64,000 nucleotides of DNA from the NCBI GenBank assembly GCA_045589815.1, contig JAZNPT010000054.1, forward strand, positions 10,723 through 74,722, given 5' to 3'. This document shows positions 1 through 9,527 of this stretch, piece by piece. This DNA is from Acutalibacteraceae bacterium (GTDB lineage: Bacteria > Bacillota > Clostridia > Oscillospirales > Acutalibacteraceae). The stretch's first letter is position 1. Every line of letters begins with the position of its first letter. The notes under the pieces were generated by a model that was given only the letters and a program-made list of their open reading frames with translations, did not search any database and had not been told where the DNA came from. A program made the position numbers and the translations under genes.

Positions 1-391
1 TGCCGAGTATGCCGTTGATAATCAAGCTCCAGATATGGCCGAGCACAATGCCGCCGATGAGATTCGGCATAAAGAACACGGTTCTGAAAAAATTGGTGCC
101 TTTAAGCCCTTTTGTCAGAAGCAGAGCAATTACAAAAGCAATAATATTTATGGTTATAACGGAAACAAACGTAAATTTTACCGTCAGCCAAAGAGAATTC
201 AAAAATGTTTTGTCGGTTGTGAATATTTTGATGTAGTTCGCAAGCCCTACCCACTTGCTTTCGTTAACAACCTTGAATTCCGTGAAGGAAAGGTAAGCAC
301 CCATTGCGAACGGAACTATAAATGATACGGCGAAAGCGGCAAGAGTCGGCAGGGCGAATACGGGAAAATATTTTTTCAGGGTTTTCTGCAT
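1..391 (-). CDS. Carbohydrate ABC transporter permease (5' part; runs off the left edge)
   Basis: Not in the ORF track. Manual translation from ATG at 391 gives MQKTLKKYFPVFALPTLAAFAVSFIVPFAMGAYLSFTEF...FFRTVFFMPNLIGGIVLGHIWSLII, a typical MalF/UgpA-type permease N-terminus, directly downstream of the SBP gene. Confidence 0.9.
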   Translation of the reverse strand, partial: MQKTLKKYFPVFALPTLAAFAVSFIVPFAMGAYLSFTEFKVVNESKWVGLANYIKIFTTDKTFLNSLWLTVKFTFVSVITINIIAFVIALLLTKGLKGTNFFRTVFFMPNLIGGIVLGHIWSLIINGILG

Positions 392-446
392 TCTATCAGC
401 TCCGAAAAATCAGAAGAAAATATTTAAAAGAGAAGAGTGAAAGCTG

Positions 447-471
447 TACGGGCGATTGATAATCGCCCGTA
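447..471 (-). terminator. Intercistronic stem-loop between SBP and permease genes
   Basis: Perfect 11-bp inverted repeat TACGGGCGATT-gat-AATCGCCCGTA just after the SBP stop codon; no immediate U-run. Confidence 0.7.
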
Positions 472-474
472 AAA

Positions 475-1848
475 TTATGCCCCGAATTCATTCTTCCATT
501 CTTCAACTGCAATTTTTTTAACCTCATCCCAGCTTATTGTTCCCTGAGCATATTTGAGAAGCGCAGAACCGAGGCTGTCCTTATAGTTCTGGCTTGGAAA
601 AACAGTGAAATTCCATGGGATGTTGGTGATGTTATCTTTGTTCATCCAGCGGATAACTTCCCTTGCAAGAGGGTCATCGGGAGCTTCAGATTCTTCAAAT
701 GTATCGAACGGCGAAATAAAACCGAGTTTTTGAGTAACAAAATCCTTACCTTTTTCGGAACCGAAAAGCCAATAAAGAAAGTCGGCTGCGGCTTTTTGCT
801 CAGCTTGGCTTGCTTTTGCGTTGATGCACATGAAATTTTCCGTTCCGATGGCAATTCCGATATTTTCTTCGCCGGAAACACCGGTATAAACCGGAAGAAA
901 TTTAATGTCCTCAGCATTAACTTTGTTGCCTGAAACCCCGAGAATCTGCGATGCGCCCCAGTTACCGTTTTGTACCATTGCGCATTTTCCTAACGCAAAC
1001 TCTGCCATTGAAGAGGTAACGTCGAGAGTGCCGAGTTGCTTTTTGTCGGTGGTTGAATTGTTTATATAAAGGTCAAATATATTTTTAAAATTTTCAGCGT
1101 AGGTGAAATCTATTGTTTTATATCCATCACCCGTCAAATCAATCCCTTTGTCTTTAAATTCAAGGGAAAGAGGAATGTTCATCAAATGTGTTTGCCAGCG
1201 CCAGTCCTCGCCTGTTTTGAGTGAGGTTGCGGCGAAAACGCCTTCAATGCCGAGCTTGTCTTTGTTTTTCTGCATATCCTCAACAACAGCCTTGAGTGCA
1301 GCAAAATTTGTTATCTCATCAGCAGAAGTGTAGTCGGTTGCTTTTTCAGGCAGGGCAAAATATGCATCAAGAATTTTGGCATTATAAATAATGCCGTATC
1401 CTTCAACAACATAAGGAATGCCGTAAACGCTGTTGCCGGATGTGACAGCAAGCGATTTGTCCTTCAGATGCTTGTAAATTTCCGTGTCTTTCAAATCTGC
1501 GCAGTATTCAGACCATGATGTGTAGCCTATGGGGCCGTTGATTTGAAAAAGCGTGGGAGCGTCATCTGTTGCCATTCTTGCGGTCAGGGTAGATTCATAG
1601 GTGCCTGAAGCGGCAGTTTCAACTGTCAGCCTGATTCCTGTTTCTTCTTCGTAAGCGGCAGCGATTTCATCATAAACCTCTGCAATTTCGGGCTTGAAGT
1701 TAAGATAACGTATTTCTTTAACGGTTGCCGCAGTGCCTGAATTATTGTTGCTTGATACGGTGTTGTTGCCTGTGTTTCTGTTGCAGGCAGTGAAAATTGA
1801 GGCAACGATGAAAACGGCGGTGATAACCGAGATAAGTTTTTTTGCCAT
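475..1848 (-). CDS. Sugar ABC transporter substrate-binding lipoprotein (SBP_bac_1 type)
   Basis: Lipobox FTAC, Asn/Thr-rich linker, YLNFKPE and YGIPYVVEGYGIIYN motifs, adjacent permease. Confidence 0.92.
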   Translation of the reverse strand: MAKKLISVITAVFIVASIFTACNRNTGNNTVSSNNNSGTAATVKEIRYLNFKPEIAEVYDEIAAAYEEETGIRLTVETAASGTYESTLTARMATDDAPTLFQINGPIGYTSWSEYCADLKDTEIYKHLKDKSLAVTSGNSVYGIPYVVEGYGIIYNAKILDAYFALPEKATDYTSADEITNFAALKAVVEDMQKNKDKLGIEGVFAATSLKTGEDWRWQTHLMNIPLSLEFKDKGIDLTGDGYKTIDFTYAENFKNIFDLYINNSTTDKKQLGTLDVTSSMAEFALGKCAMVQNGNWGASQILGVSGNKVNAEDIKFLPVYTGVSGEENIGIAIGTENFMCINAKASQAEQKAAADFLYWLFGSEKGKDFVTQKLGFISPFDTFEESEAPDDPLAREVIRWMNKDNITNIPWNFTVFPSQNYKDSLGSALLKYAQGTISWDEVKKIAVEEWKNEFGA

Positions 1849-1911
1849 ATAGATTCCCTCCGTTAATAAATTGTGGCAATAGTATTATGTACCTTGAATT
1901 CTCGGTTAATT

Positions 1912-1927
1912 CATTAAACGTTTTCAT
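1912..1927 (-). promoter_or_regulatory. Candidate LacI-family/cre operator upstream of the sugar ABC operon
   Basis: Minus strand TGAAAACGTTTAAT with palindromic core AAACGTTT (1916-1923), close to the LacI/CcpA consensus TGWAANCGNTWNCA. Confidence 0.45.
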
Positions 1928-1930
1928 ACG

Positions 1931-1963
1931 AAAAAAATCCTCCCGTTATTTTCGGGAGGATTT
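1931..1963 (-). terminator. Intrinsic terminator of the M23 gene
   Basis: AAATCCTCCCG...CGGGAGGATTT stem followed by a T-run on the minus strand. Confidence 0.8.
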
Positions 1964-1968
1964 CAGAG

Positions 1969-4008
1969 TTAATATATATAATTTGCCGGGTTTTTGGTTT
2001 CGCCGTGATATATAACCTCAAAGTGAAGGTGAGGGCCTGTTGAGTTGCCGGTTGAACCGACCTTGCCGATGGTTTGTCCGGCTTCAACATAGTCGCCGAC
2101 AGAAACCTTTATGGAGCCTTTAACCATGTGAGCATATCTTGTTTTATATCCGTCACCATGGTTAATCAGAACCATTTGGCCGTAGCCTGAGCTGCTTCTC
2201 TGAACAACCTCAACACGGCCGCTTTTTGAAGCGATAACCGGAGTACCGAGTGCGCCGCCACCGGATTTAACAAGGTCAATGCCGCTGTGCCAGCCTCTGC
2301 TTCGCCAGCCGTAAGGCGAGCTGACATAGTGGCAGCTCGGAGCAGGCCAAAGGAAGCCTTTGTTTGATGCAGAGCCGATGTAAACTCCGTTATAGGATGT
2401 CTTGGTGCCCACAGTAACGATTTCATCAACAGGTTCTTCAAGTGTTTCATAAGAATAGTCTGTATCCTGAAGAACACCGTCAACATAAATTTGGGTTTTG
2501 GTAACACGTTCACTGCCGTTAACGCCTTTTTGAGTAACGCGTCGGTAACCGCTGTATTTTGTAGCGTCACGCTTTTTAACGGTTTCAAACTCGATTTCAC
2601 GGATTTCGGTTGATGTTACGATTTTTTTAATGCTGATAAGCTTTTCAGAAGAATCATCGCTGTCTGAAAGAGCGGCTGAAAGCTCAGCGGCATCCCACAT
2701 AACCGAAGCATCCTCACGGTAAAGACCCTGAATATAATCAATGGTCTGTGCAAAGCTGACAACATAGCCTTCTGCCTGAGCTTCGGCTTCGTAGGGGGCG
2801 AGTATGCTGTCAAACACGGCTTTTGCATCTGCCTCGTTTTTAACTGCGCAGATGAATTTGCCGTCAATATAAATTCCGCAGGCATGTGTAAGATTGTCAA
2901 CGGAATTCTCAATCATTTTGTCCGATATAGTCTGAGCGTCATTAAGCTCATCAAGAGAAACAAGGCTGAGAGAATATCTTGCGTTGAAGTTTGCGGCAGG
3001 CGCCGCAGCAACCGTGGCCTCAATATTTTCGGATGAGTATGCTCCTGAGCTCAAACGGTCTTTAACCAAATCTCTGGCTTCAATATAGACCGCTTCATCG
3101 CTGATATATCCGATGCTTTTGTCATTATAAATAACTTCAAGGGCAAAGGTGACGCTGTTCCAATAGTTGACGGTGATAATCAGTATCATCAGCGATGCAA
3201 TCGGAAGCAGAGTGTTGAAAGCTGTTTTCAGAAGATTGCTGTGGCGTGAAAATGCTTTTCTGACATAGTGGATTATGACAGACGGCAATGACCACGGCTT
3301 TCTTAATGTTCTTTTTATAAATTTAAGTGCATGCTTTATTTCTCCACGGAAATGGATGACTTCCTTAGCTGTTGTATTGAAACGCTTTCTTAATTTGATT
3401 TTTGTGCTCTCTGTCGCTTTGGAAAAAGAACGGTGAAGGCGAACGAAAGGAAATTTGATTATCTTAAATATAAAAGCGAAAACAATTGCAAGAATTCTGC
3501 AAATGCTGTTACCGAAATTGTAAAAAACGGAGTATACAGGATTGAAAGAAGCTGTCTTTGAGATTTTTGCGTTCGCTTTGCTGCCGGATTCAGGCTTCTC
3601 CGTATCTTGAGATATCGGCATTACCGTGTTTGAAGATTTGATGATTTCATCAATTCGTTCAAGCTCTTCCTTTACGGCTTCGCGCTCATCCACATCAGGA
3701 ATGATTTTACTTATGGCAGAACTGTGTTTTTTTGCCTTTTCTGCAGGGTGCGCATTGTTTTGCGCATTCTCAAGCTGCAAAGAATATCTTCTCTCAATAT
3801 CCTCCTTGATAGCCTGCATTTCAAGCTTTCGCCTTTCCTCATCCTTAATGCGAAGCTCTTCCTCACGGCTTTTCGGCACGCTTTTGGGCGGAGTTTCGGA
3901 ATAAAGGCTGGTCAGGTCATAAAAACCGTCCATAATTTCGTCAAATGCCTTTGAATGGCTTTCATCGGACTGAACGCTTCTATTAACTTTTTTGTTTTCG
4001 TTATTCAT
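1969..4008 (-). CDS. Membrane-anchored M23 family peptidoglycan endopeptidase with G5 domain
   Basis: C-terminal M23 motifs HSGID, YAHM and STGPHLHFEV; G5-like segment (TQKGVNG...PVDEIVTVGTK); TM helix near residue 270. Confidence 0.9.
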   Translation of the reverse strand: MNNENKKVNRSVQSDESHSKAFDEIMDGFYDLTSLYSETPPKSVPKSREEELRIKDEERRKLEMQAIKEDIERRYSLQLENAQNNAHPAEKAKKHSSAISKIIPDVDEREAVKEELERIDEIIKSSNTVMPISQDTEKPESGSKANAKISKTASFNPVYSVFYNFGNSICRILAIVFAFIFKIIKFPFVRLHRSFSKATESTKIKLRKRFNTTAKEVIHFRGEIKHALKFIKRTLRKPWSLPSVIIHYVRKAFSRHSNLLKTAFNTLLPIASLMILIITVNYWNSVTFALEVIYNDKSIGYISDEAVYIEARDLVKDRLSSGAYSSENIEATVAAAPAANFNARYSLSLVSLDELNDAQTISDKMIENSVDNLTHACGIYIDGKFICAVKNEADAKAVFDSILAPYEAEAQAEGYVVSFAQTIDYIQGLYREDASVMWDAAELSAALSDSDDSSEKLISIKKIVTSTEIREIEFETVKKRDATKYSGYRRVTQKGVNGSERVTKTQIYVDGVLQDTDYSYETLEEPVDEIVTVGTKTSYNGVYIGSASNKGFLWPAPSCHYVSSPYGWRSRGWHSGIDLVKSGGGALGTPVIASKSGRVEVVQRSSSGYGQMVLINHGDGYKTRYAHMVKGSIKVSVGDYVEAGQTIGKVGSTGNSTGPHLHFEVIYHGETKNPANYIY

Positions 4009-4038
4009 TAACAGCGCTCCGTAAACAATATTTATTTT

Positions 4039-4067
4039 ATTATAATATAAAAAGCGCTGTATTACAA
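4039..4067 (-). promoter_or_regulatory. sigmaA promoter of the M23 gene
   Basis: TTGTAA-17 bp-TATAAT on the minus strand. Confidence 0.65.
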
Positions 4068-4113
4068 GTCTTAAAAAGAATTATAATTACAGCGCAATTA
4101 TATTAATGCTGGG

Positions 4114-4962
4114 TTAACATGAAATATTTCCTTTTAAAAAACGTTCAAGTGCGTTTTGCCAATGCGGAAGTCCGGCGAAGCCGCCGATATCAAGAGATTT
4201 TTTTGAAAGACGCGAATTTGCCGGCCTTGTTGCAACCGATTTATATTCGCTGCTTGGAATAGGTATGATTTGGGTTTTTGAGCCAGAAAGCTCCATTATT
4301 TTTGCGGCAAACTCCGCCCACGAGCAAAATCCCTCGTTGGTTGCGTGATATATGCCGTATTTTTCGCTCATTGCCATTTGACAAAGAAGGGCGGCAAGGT
4401 CTTTTGTGTATGTGGGTGAGCCTATCTGGTCATTAACAACGGTGATTTCATTCCGATCTTTTGAAAGGCGGAGCATTGTTTTAACAAAGTTTTTGCCGTT
4501 TTCGCCGAATACCCATGAAATGCGAATTATAAAAAACTTTTCGCAGTTTTCCATAACCGCTTTTTCACCTGCAAGCTTTGTTTCGCCGTAATAATTGCAG
4601 GGGTTTGTGGGGCTGTCGGTTTCAAACGGAGTTTCGCCGTCACCGCCAAAAACGTAGTCGGTGCTGAGATACAACATTTTTATGCCGTGTTTTGAGCAGG
4701 AGCGTGCTATATTCAATGTGCCGTCAACATTGATTTTTTTGCAGGTTTCACGCTCGGTTTCCGCAATATCAACATTGGTAAAGGCAGCGCAGTGGATAAC
4801 GGCATCTGCCCGACTTTCGGCGATGAAATTTTCAACGGCTGCTCCGTCGGTTATATCAAGCTCCGGCAAATCTGTGCCTATTGGTTCAATGCCGTTTTTT
4901 TGAAGCTCAAGCATGACATCGGAGCCGAGCTGACCCTTTGAACCCGTAACAATGATTTTCAT
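4114..4962 (-). CDS. rfbD: dTDP-4-dehydrorhamnose reductase
   Basis: TGSKGQLG, IHCAAFTNVD, STDYVF, YGETK (YxxxK) and DQIGSPT motifs. Confidence 0.93.
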   Translation of the reverse strand: MKIIVTGSKGQLGSDVMLELQKNGIEPIGTDLPELDITDGAAVENFIAESRADAVIHCAAFTNVDIAETERETCKKINVDGTLNIARSCSKHGIKMLYLSTDYVFGGDGETPFETDSPTNPCNYYGETKLAGEKAVMENCEKFFIIRISWVFGENGKNFVKTMLRLSKDRNEITVVNDQIGSPTYTKDLAALLCQMAMSEKYGIYHATNEGFCSWAEFAAKIMELSGSKTQIIPIPSSEYKSVATRPANSRLSKKSLDIGGFAGLPHWQNALERFLKGNISC

Positions 4963-5101
4963 AGCCTAATCCTCCTGCGTTTTTTAGTATTCTATCACAT
5001 TTTTTATGTGTAAACAATATTTTTTTGGTTTTAACTGTTCCTTTTTAAAAAATATGTGGTATTATTATAATGAAACCGATGCAAATAAAGGAGTAACGGC
5101 A

Positions 5102-5920
5102 ATGGCATTCAAAAATCTTATAGATTTGCATACGCACACAGACAATTCTTTTGACGGCCATCATTCAACAATGTTTCTTTGCGAAACTGCCTGTATGAAA
5201 GGGCTTCGTGCGATTGCGTTCACAGACCATCTCGAAATGGATGCCTTTTTTAAAGGGAATTTTGACCGAACTGCAATTCAGTCATATTTTGAGGTTGTCA
5301 AAGCACGTTCTGCCTTTAGCGGCAAGATGCTTGTCTGCGTTGGTGCTGAGCTTGGCCAGGCGGTTTATAATAAGCCTGTTTCGGAAAAGCTTCTTGAAAC
5401 AATGAAATACGATTTTGTTATAGGTGCAATACATAATCTTCCCGAAATTGAAGATTTTTATTATATGAATTTTGACGACGAAAGCATTGACTACATGGCT
5501 TTGCTTGAGCAGTATTTTGAATGGGAGCTCAGGCTTGCGGAATGGGCAAAGTTTGATACGCTTGCTCATCTTACATATCCTCTGCGTTATATCGTCGGCA
5601 AATACAAAAAGTCGGTTGACATGTCAAAATTTGACGAAATTATTGATGAGATACTTGTTACCCTTATCAAAAACAAAAAGGCGCTTGAAATCAACACGGC
5701 AGGTCTGCGCCAGCCAATCGGAGTTACTTCTCCGGATGAACGCATTATCAGACGATATAAGGAGCTTGGCGGTGAGCTTATAACCATCGGCTCCGATGCG
5801 CATTATGCGGAGCATCTCGGTGCAGGGATTGACAAGGGCTATGAGCTTGCACTTAAGTGCGGCTTTGATAAGATAGCGGTTTATCAGGACAGAACACCCA
5901 CCCTTATACCGATTGAGTAA
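5102..5920 (+). CDS. Histidinol-phosphatase, HisJ/PHP family
   Basis: DLHTHT, FTDH, LEINT and GSDAH PHP motifs; start moved to ATG 5102 behind RBS AAGGAG. Confidence 0.85.
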   Translation: MAFKNLIDLHTHTDNSFDGHHSTMFLCETACMKGLRAIAFTDHLEMDAFFKGNFDRTAIQSYFEVVKARSAFSGKMLVCVGAELGQAVYNKPVSEKLLETMKYDFVIGAIHNLPEIEDFYYMNFDDESIDYMALLEQYFEWELRLAEWAKFDTLAHLTYPLRYIVGKYKKSVDMSKFDEIIDEILVTLIKNKKALEINTAGLRQPIGVTSPDERIIRRYKELGGELITIGSDAHYAEHLGAGIDKGYELALKCGFDKIAVYQDRTPTLIPIE

Positions 5921-5931
5921 AGGAGCGAAAT

Positions 5932-6795
5932 ATGAAAATTACTGTTGATGCCCCTGCAAAAATAAACCTTTTCCTTGATATTATCGGCAAGCTCGATAAC
6001 GGATATCACAGCCTGTTTATGGTTATGCAGTCAGTCGGCCTTTCGGATAGAATAATTCTTGAAGAAAGCGAAGAAAACGGAATTTTTTTGAGTTGCTCAG
6101 ACGAACGGCTGCCGAGCGATGAACATAATATTGCTTATAAGGCGGCCGCAGCCTTTTTCAAAAAAAATAATATTGAGCCTAAAATAAAAATCAGTATTGA
6201 GAAACATATTCCTTTTGCTGCAGGCCTTGCAGGCGGCAGTGCGGATGCAGCGGCGGTTATAGTCGGCTTGAATGAGTTTTTTAAAACTCAGCTGAGTATG
6301 GCAGAGCTTTGCAAAATAGGGCTTTCTGTCGGCAGCGACGTTCCTTTTTGCATTGTCGGCGGCACCTGCCTTTCTCAAAACACAGGCGGTGTACTTTCTG
6401 CGCTTGAACCGCTCAAGGATTGTTTTGTTATTCTCGCAAAGCCCGAGGCCGGTGTTTCAACTGCAGAGGCTTATGCTGCGGCGGACAGCGCTCATCTTTA
6501 CAGACCGGACAGTATGCGTATGCTTGATGCCTGCGAAAAAGGTGATTTTGACGGTATCTGCAAATATGCCGGCAATGTTTTTGAACAGGTTATTGAGGTT
6601 GCGGACCGTGTGGAATTCAAACGCATCATGCGAAAGCACGGTTGCTCGCTTTGTCAGATGAGCGGCAGCGGACCAACGGTTTTTGCACTTTTTGAAAAAG
6701 AAGAAAATGCGAAAGGCTGCGCAGAAGAACTGAAAACCATTTGTCCGAATGTGTTTTTAACTGTTCCCGTTGCACACGGTGCAGCAGTTGAATAA
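5932..6795 (+). CDS. ispE: 4-diphosphocytidyl-2-C-methyl-D-erythritol kinase
   Basis: APAKINL, IPFAAGLAGGSADAAA, GSDVPF and MSGSGPTVF GHMP-kinase motifs. Confidence 0.95.
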   Translation: MKITVDAPAKINLFLDIIGKLDNGYHSLFMVMQSVGLSDRIILEESEENGIFLSCSDERLPSDEHNIAYKAAAAFFKKNNIEPKIKISIEKHIPFAAGLAGGSADAAAVIVGLNEFFKTQLSMAELCKIGLSVGSDVPFCIVGGTCLSQNTGGVLSALEPLKDCFVILAKPEAGVSTAEAYAAADSAHLYRPDSMRMLDACEKGDFDGICKYAGNVFEQVIEVADRVEFKRIMRKHGCSLCQMSGSGPTVFALFEKEENAKGCAEELKTICPNVFLTVPVAHGAAVE

Positions 6796-6801
6796 AGTTT
6801 T

Positions 6802-6835
6802 AAGCCCCGTCAGAACCATTAATCTGACGGGGCTT
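6802..6835. terminator. Bidirectional terminator between ispE and MATE
   Basis: AAGCCCCGTCAGA...TCTGACGGGGCTT perfect 13-bp stem between convergent genes. Confidence 0.85.
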
Positions 6836-6838
6836 CCT

Positions 6839-8182
6839 TTAAGTTGGTTTTATGTTTTTCTTTCTTGAATTGCGGTTCATTGCATAAAAGAATACCGATA
6901 TGACCGTGCAGGTCAGCCAGCCGATAGGCCATGCCGCCCATATTCCGTTTGTGCCGTGAACGGGGGAGAGAATATATGCGAAAATAACACGCAGAATCAA
7001 ATCTGCAAAGGTTGTTACCATAAATGCTTTCATCCAGCCTGTGCCGCGGAGAACGCCGTCAGCAAGAATTTTGAAAGCGATTGGGCAATAGAAGGGCGAT
7101 GCAATTTTTAAAAACTCTTTTCCGATTTGCAACGCATCTGCATTGCTGTCCTCAAGGAAAAGCATAATCAGCGGTTCTCCGGCAAAGAAATACGCAACGG
7201 AAAACGGCACGGTGATTAAAAGTGACATAATAAGCCCTGCGCCGAAGCCCGAATCAATTCTTGAAAGCTTGTTTGCGCCAACGTTTTGAGCCGTGTAGCC
7301 CGAAACACCGTTGCCGAGAGTGGTGATGCTTGTTATGCAGAAGGTGTTCAGTTTGATTGCGGCCGAATAGCCCGCAACAACCGATGAACCGAAGCTGTTA
7401 ATAAGCCTTTGTATAAACAGATTGCCAACAGAAACGAAGCTTTGCTGCAAAATGCTTGGAACTGCAACAATGCATATTTCCCAAAGTGTTGAAAAAGAGA
7501 ATTTTTGGTGTTTCCCGCTTACCTTTATTTCCTTTATTCTGATCGAAACGGTGATAAGTGCCAAAACGCATGCAGTTCCCTGTGCAATAAAGGTTGCCCA
7601 TGCAACGCCTGCAACTCCCCAATGGAGAAATTTAACAAATGCATAGTCAAGAACAATATTTCCGACCGATGAGCATACAAGGAAAAACAAAGGCGTTTTT
7701 GAATCGCCGACCGAAACGAATATCGCCGTGGCTATATTATAAAGAAAAAGGAAAGCAAAGCCCCCAGTGTATATTTTAAGATAAAGTGAAGAATCATTAA
7801 AAATATTTTCGGGAGTATTTAGGAGCTGCATTATCGGCTTGCATGTTGCAAGACCAACCGCCGTCAGCAGCACCGAAGAAATAACGGCAGAAATAACCGT
7901 TGTTGAAATTGCGGTTCTCGTGCGAGTGAAATCGTGTGAACCGAAAATCTTTGCAATAACAACGGAGCTGCCGATGTTGCAGCCGATAGCTATTGCATTG
8001 AAAATCATGGTTACGGGGTATGATGCACCGACAGCCGCCAAAGCATCCTCGCCTGCAAACCGGCCCGCTATAACGGAATCCGCAATGTTATAAAGCTGCT
8101 GAAAAATAACACTGAGAAACATCGGTATGGTGTAGCTCCAAAGAACCTTTGAAGGTTTGCCCGAGGTTAAGTCTTTAACCAA
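6839..8182 (-). CDS. MATE family efflux transporter
   Basis: MVKDLTSGKP start, FQQLYNIADSVIAGRF and GEDALAAVG motifs, about 12 hydrophobic segments. Confidence 0.93.
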   Translation of the reverse strand: MVKDLTSGKPSKVLWSYTIPMFLSVIFQQLYNIADSVIAGRFAGEDALAAVGASYPVTMIFNAIAIGCNIGSSVVIAKIFGSHDFTRTRTAISTTVISAVISSVLLTAVGLATCKPIMQLLNTPENIFNDSSLYLKIYTGGFAFLFLYNIATAIFVSVGDSKTPLFFLVCSSVGNIVLDYAFVKFLHWGVAGVAWATFIAQGTACVLALITVSIRIKEIKVSGKHQKFSFSTLWEICIVAVPSILQQSFVSVGNLFIQRLINSFGSSVVAGYSAAIKLNTFCITSITTLGNGVSGYTAQNVGANKLSRIDSGFGAGLIMSLLITVPFSVAYFFAGEPLIMLFLEDSNADALQIGKEFLKIASPFYCPIAFKILADGVLRGTGWMKAFMVTTFADLILRVIFAYILSPVHGTNGIWAAWPIGWLTCTVISVFFYAMNRNSRKKNIKPT

Positions 8183-8741
8183 TTTTATCCTCTCCGATAT
8201 GTTTTTTATTTCTGAATCTGATAAGTCCGATTATTATTGAAATTTCGCTTAAAATCTCGGTAAGAGTTCCCGAATATGAATTGCAGATTATGTTATAAAT
8301 CAGCCACATCAACGAAGTCGGAAGCGTTAGCGCTCGAAGCTCCTGCGTTTTGGGGTTCCACATAACAAATGATGATATCATCATTGCCGCCATAGGCAGA
8401 AGAGAAACAGGGGATGTGTAGGTGATAAGTCCGCCGAGGCCTGCAAGAATTGCAAAAACAATGGGGCAGAAAATGCTGTCCGCAAATTTGGATTTGCCTC
8501 TGAAGCAATATACTATGCTGCGAGTAAAGCCGATAATATTGCCAACCATTCCTTCATAAGCGCCAAGCATAAAATATTGAAGCGCAAAAAGCAGGCCGGA
8601 GCAAAACTGCATGGCAACGATGCGCCTGTGGGTACGCTGCTGAAAAGAGAAAAGAAGAAGAGCGGCGGCAATGAATCCGATAATCTGAGATATTATAAAT
8701 GTGGTGTCGTTATTTGTGAAAAAAGATGTTATAAAATCCAT
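8175..8741 (-). CDS. YgjV family inner membrane protein
   Basis: SQIIGFIA...SFQQRT...LFALQYFMLGAYEG pattern typical of YgjV; overlaps the MATE start, suggesting translational coupling. Confidence 0.75.
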   Translation of the reverse strand: MDFITSFFTNNDTTFIISQIIGFIAAALLLFSFQQRTHRRIVAMQFCSGLLFALQYFMLGAYEGMVGNIIGFTRSIVYCFRGKSKFADSIFCPIVFAILAGLGGLITYTSPVSLLPMAAMMISSFVMWNPKTQELRALTLPTSLMWLIYNIICNSYSGTLTEILSEISIIIGLIRFRNKKHIGEDKIG

Positions 8742-8769
8742 AAAAACCTCAAATTTTGTGTTTTTGTTT

Positions 8770-8798
8770 ATTATATCTTTTTTGTGATTTTATAACAA
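8770..8798 (-). promoter_or_regulatory. sigmaA promoter of ygjV-MATE
   Basis: TTGTTA-17 bp-TATAAT on the minus strand. Confidence 0.6.
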
Positions 8799-8812
8799 TG
8801 CTTAAAATGAAG

Positions 8813-8839
8813 AAAACCCCGCTGCTCAAGCGGGGTTTT
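8813..8839. terminator. Intrinsic terminator downstream of the PPTase gene
   Basis: AAAACCCCGCT-gctca-AGCGGGGTTTT. Confidence 0.8.
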
Positions 8840-8879
8840 TTGTATATTTCAAACATTGAAAGAAAATCGGAATAAATTA

Positions 8880-9470
8880 TCAAAGCTTTTCGCAAACCGA
8901 GCAAATATATTTATTGTCAATTTTAAGGAACGAACACTCAAATCCGCTTTCGGAGCAAACAATGCTTTTTTCACCAATTTTGAAAGAAACATTTTTGATG
9001 TCTGCACCAAGACCCGTGCCAATGCATTTGAAATACGCTTCCTTCAAGGTCCAGATATTAAAGAATCCGTTTCCTTCGGAGCGGATATATTCAAGCTCAT
9101 CGGGGCTGGCAAATTTTTCGGCTGCTCTGAAATTGAACGGGCGGATTTTTTCAATATCAATGCCGATTTCTCTATCTGAAACAGCACAAACCACCAAGTC
9201 ACCGCTGTGACTGATGTTAAAATAAACATTAATTCCTACTGCAAAGGGCTTACCCTTTTCGGAAAGGGCGAATTCAATGGAGTTGGGAGCAATGCCGCAG
9301 AATTCGGCTATTGCCGAGCGGCAAAGATGGTCGGCAGCGATTTTTGCTTTTTGTTTTTTTGAGTTCTGCAGACGGATTACGCTTTGTCGGCGGTCACAGC
9401 TCATCTCACGAAACCATAATTCAAGCTCCGAATCGGTTGCTTTTGTTAAGTTGAAAGAATATATTTTCAT
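8880..9470 (-). CDS. Sfp-type 4'-phosphopantetheinyl transferase
   Basis: GKP...FNISHSG, IGIDIE and WTLKEAYFKCIGTGL motifs. Confidence 0.92.
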   Translation of the reverse strand: MKIYSFNLTKATDSELELWFREMSCDRRQSVIRLQNSKKQKAKIAADHLCRSAIAEFCGIAPNSIEFALSEKGKPFAVGINVYFNISHSGDLVVCAVSDREIGIDIEKIRPFNFRAAEKFASPDELEYIRSEGNGFFNIWTLKEAYFKCIGTGLGADIKNVSFKIGEKSIVCSESGFECSFLKIDNKYICSVCEKL

Positions 9471-9485
9471 AATCAGCCTCTAAAT

Positions 9486-9514
9486 AAAAAGCCGCCGGAA
9501 TAATATCCGTCGGC
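9486..9514 (-). terminator. Terminator-like hairpin between DUF212 and the PPTase gene
   Basis: Minus strand GCCGACGGA-tattat-TCCGGCGGC followed by TTTTTATTT. Confidence 0.55.
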
Positions 9515-9527
9515 ATAAGTTGAAATA

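Noticed and set aside
9-325. Plus-strand ORFs 9-236 and 35-325
   Set aside because: Antisense shadows of the minus-strand ABC permease found by manual translation
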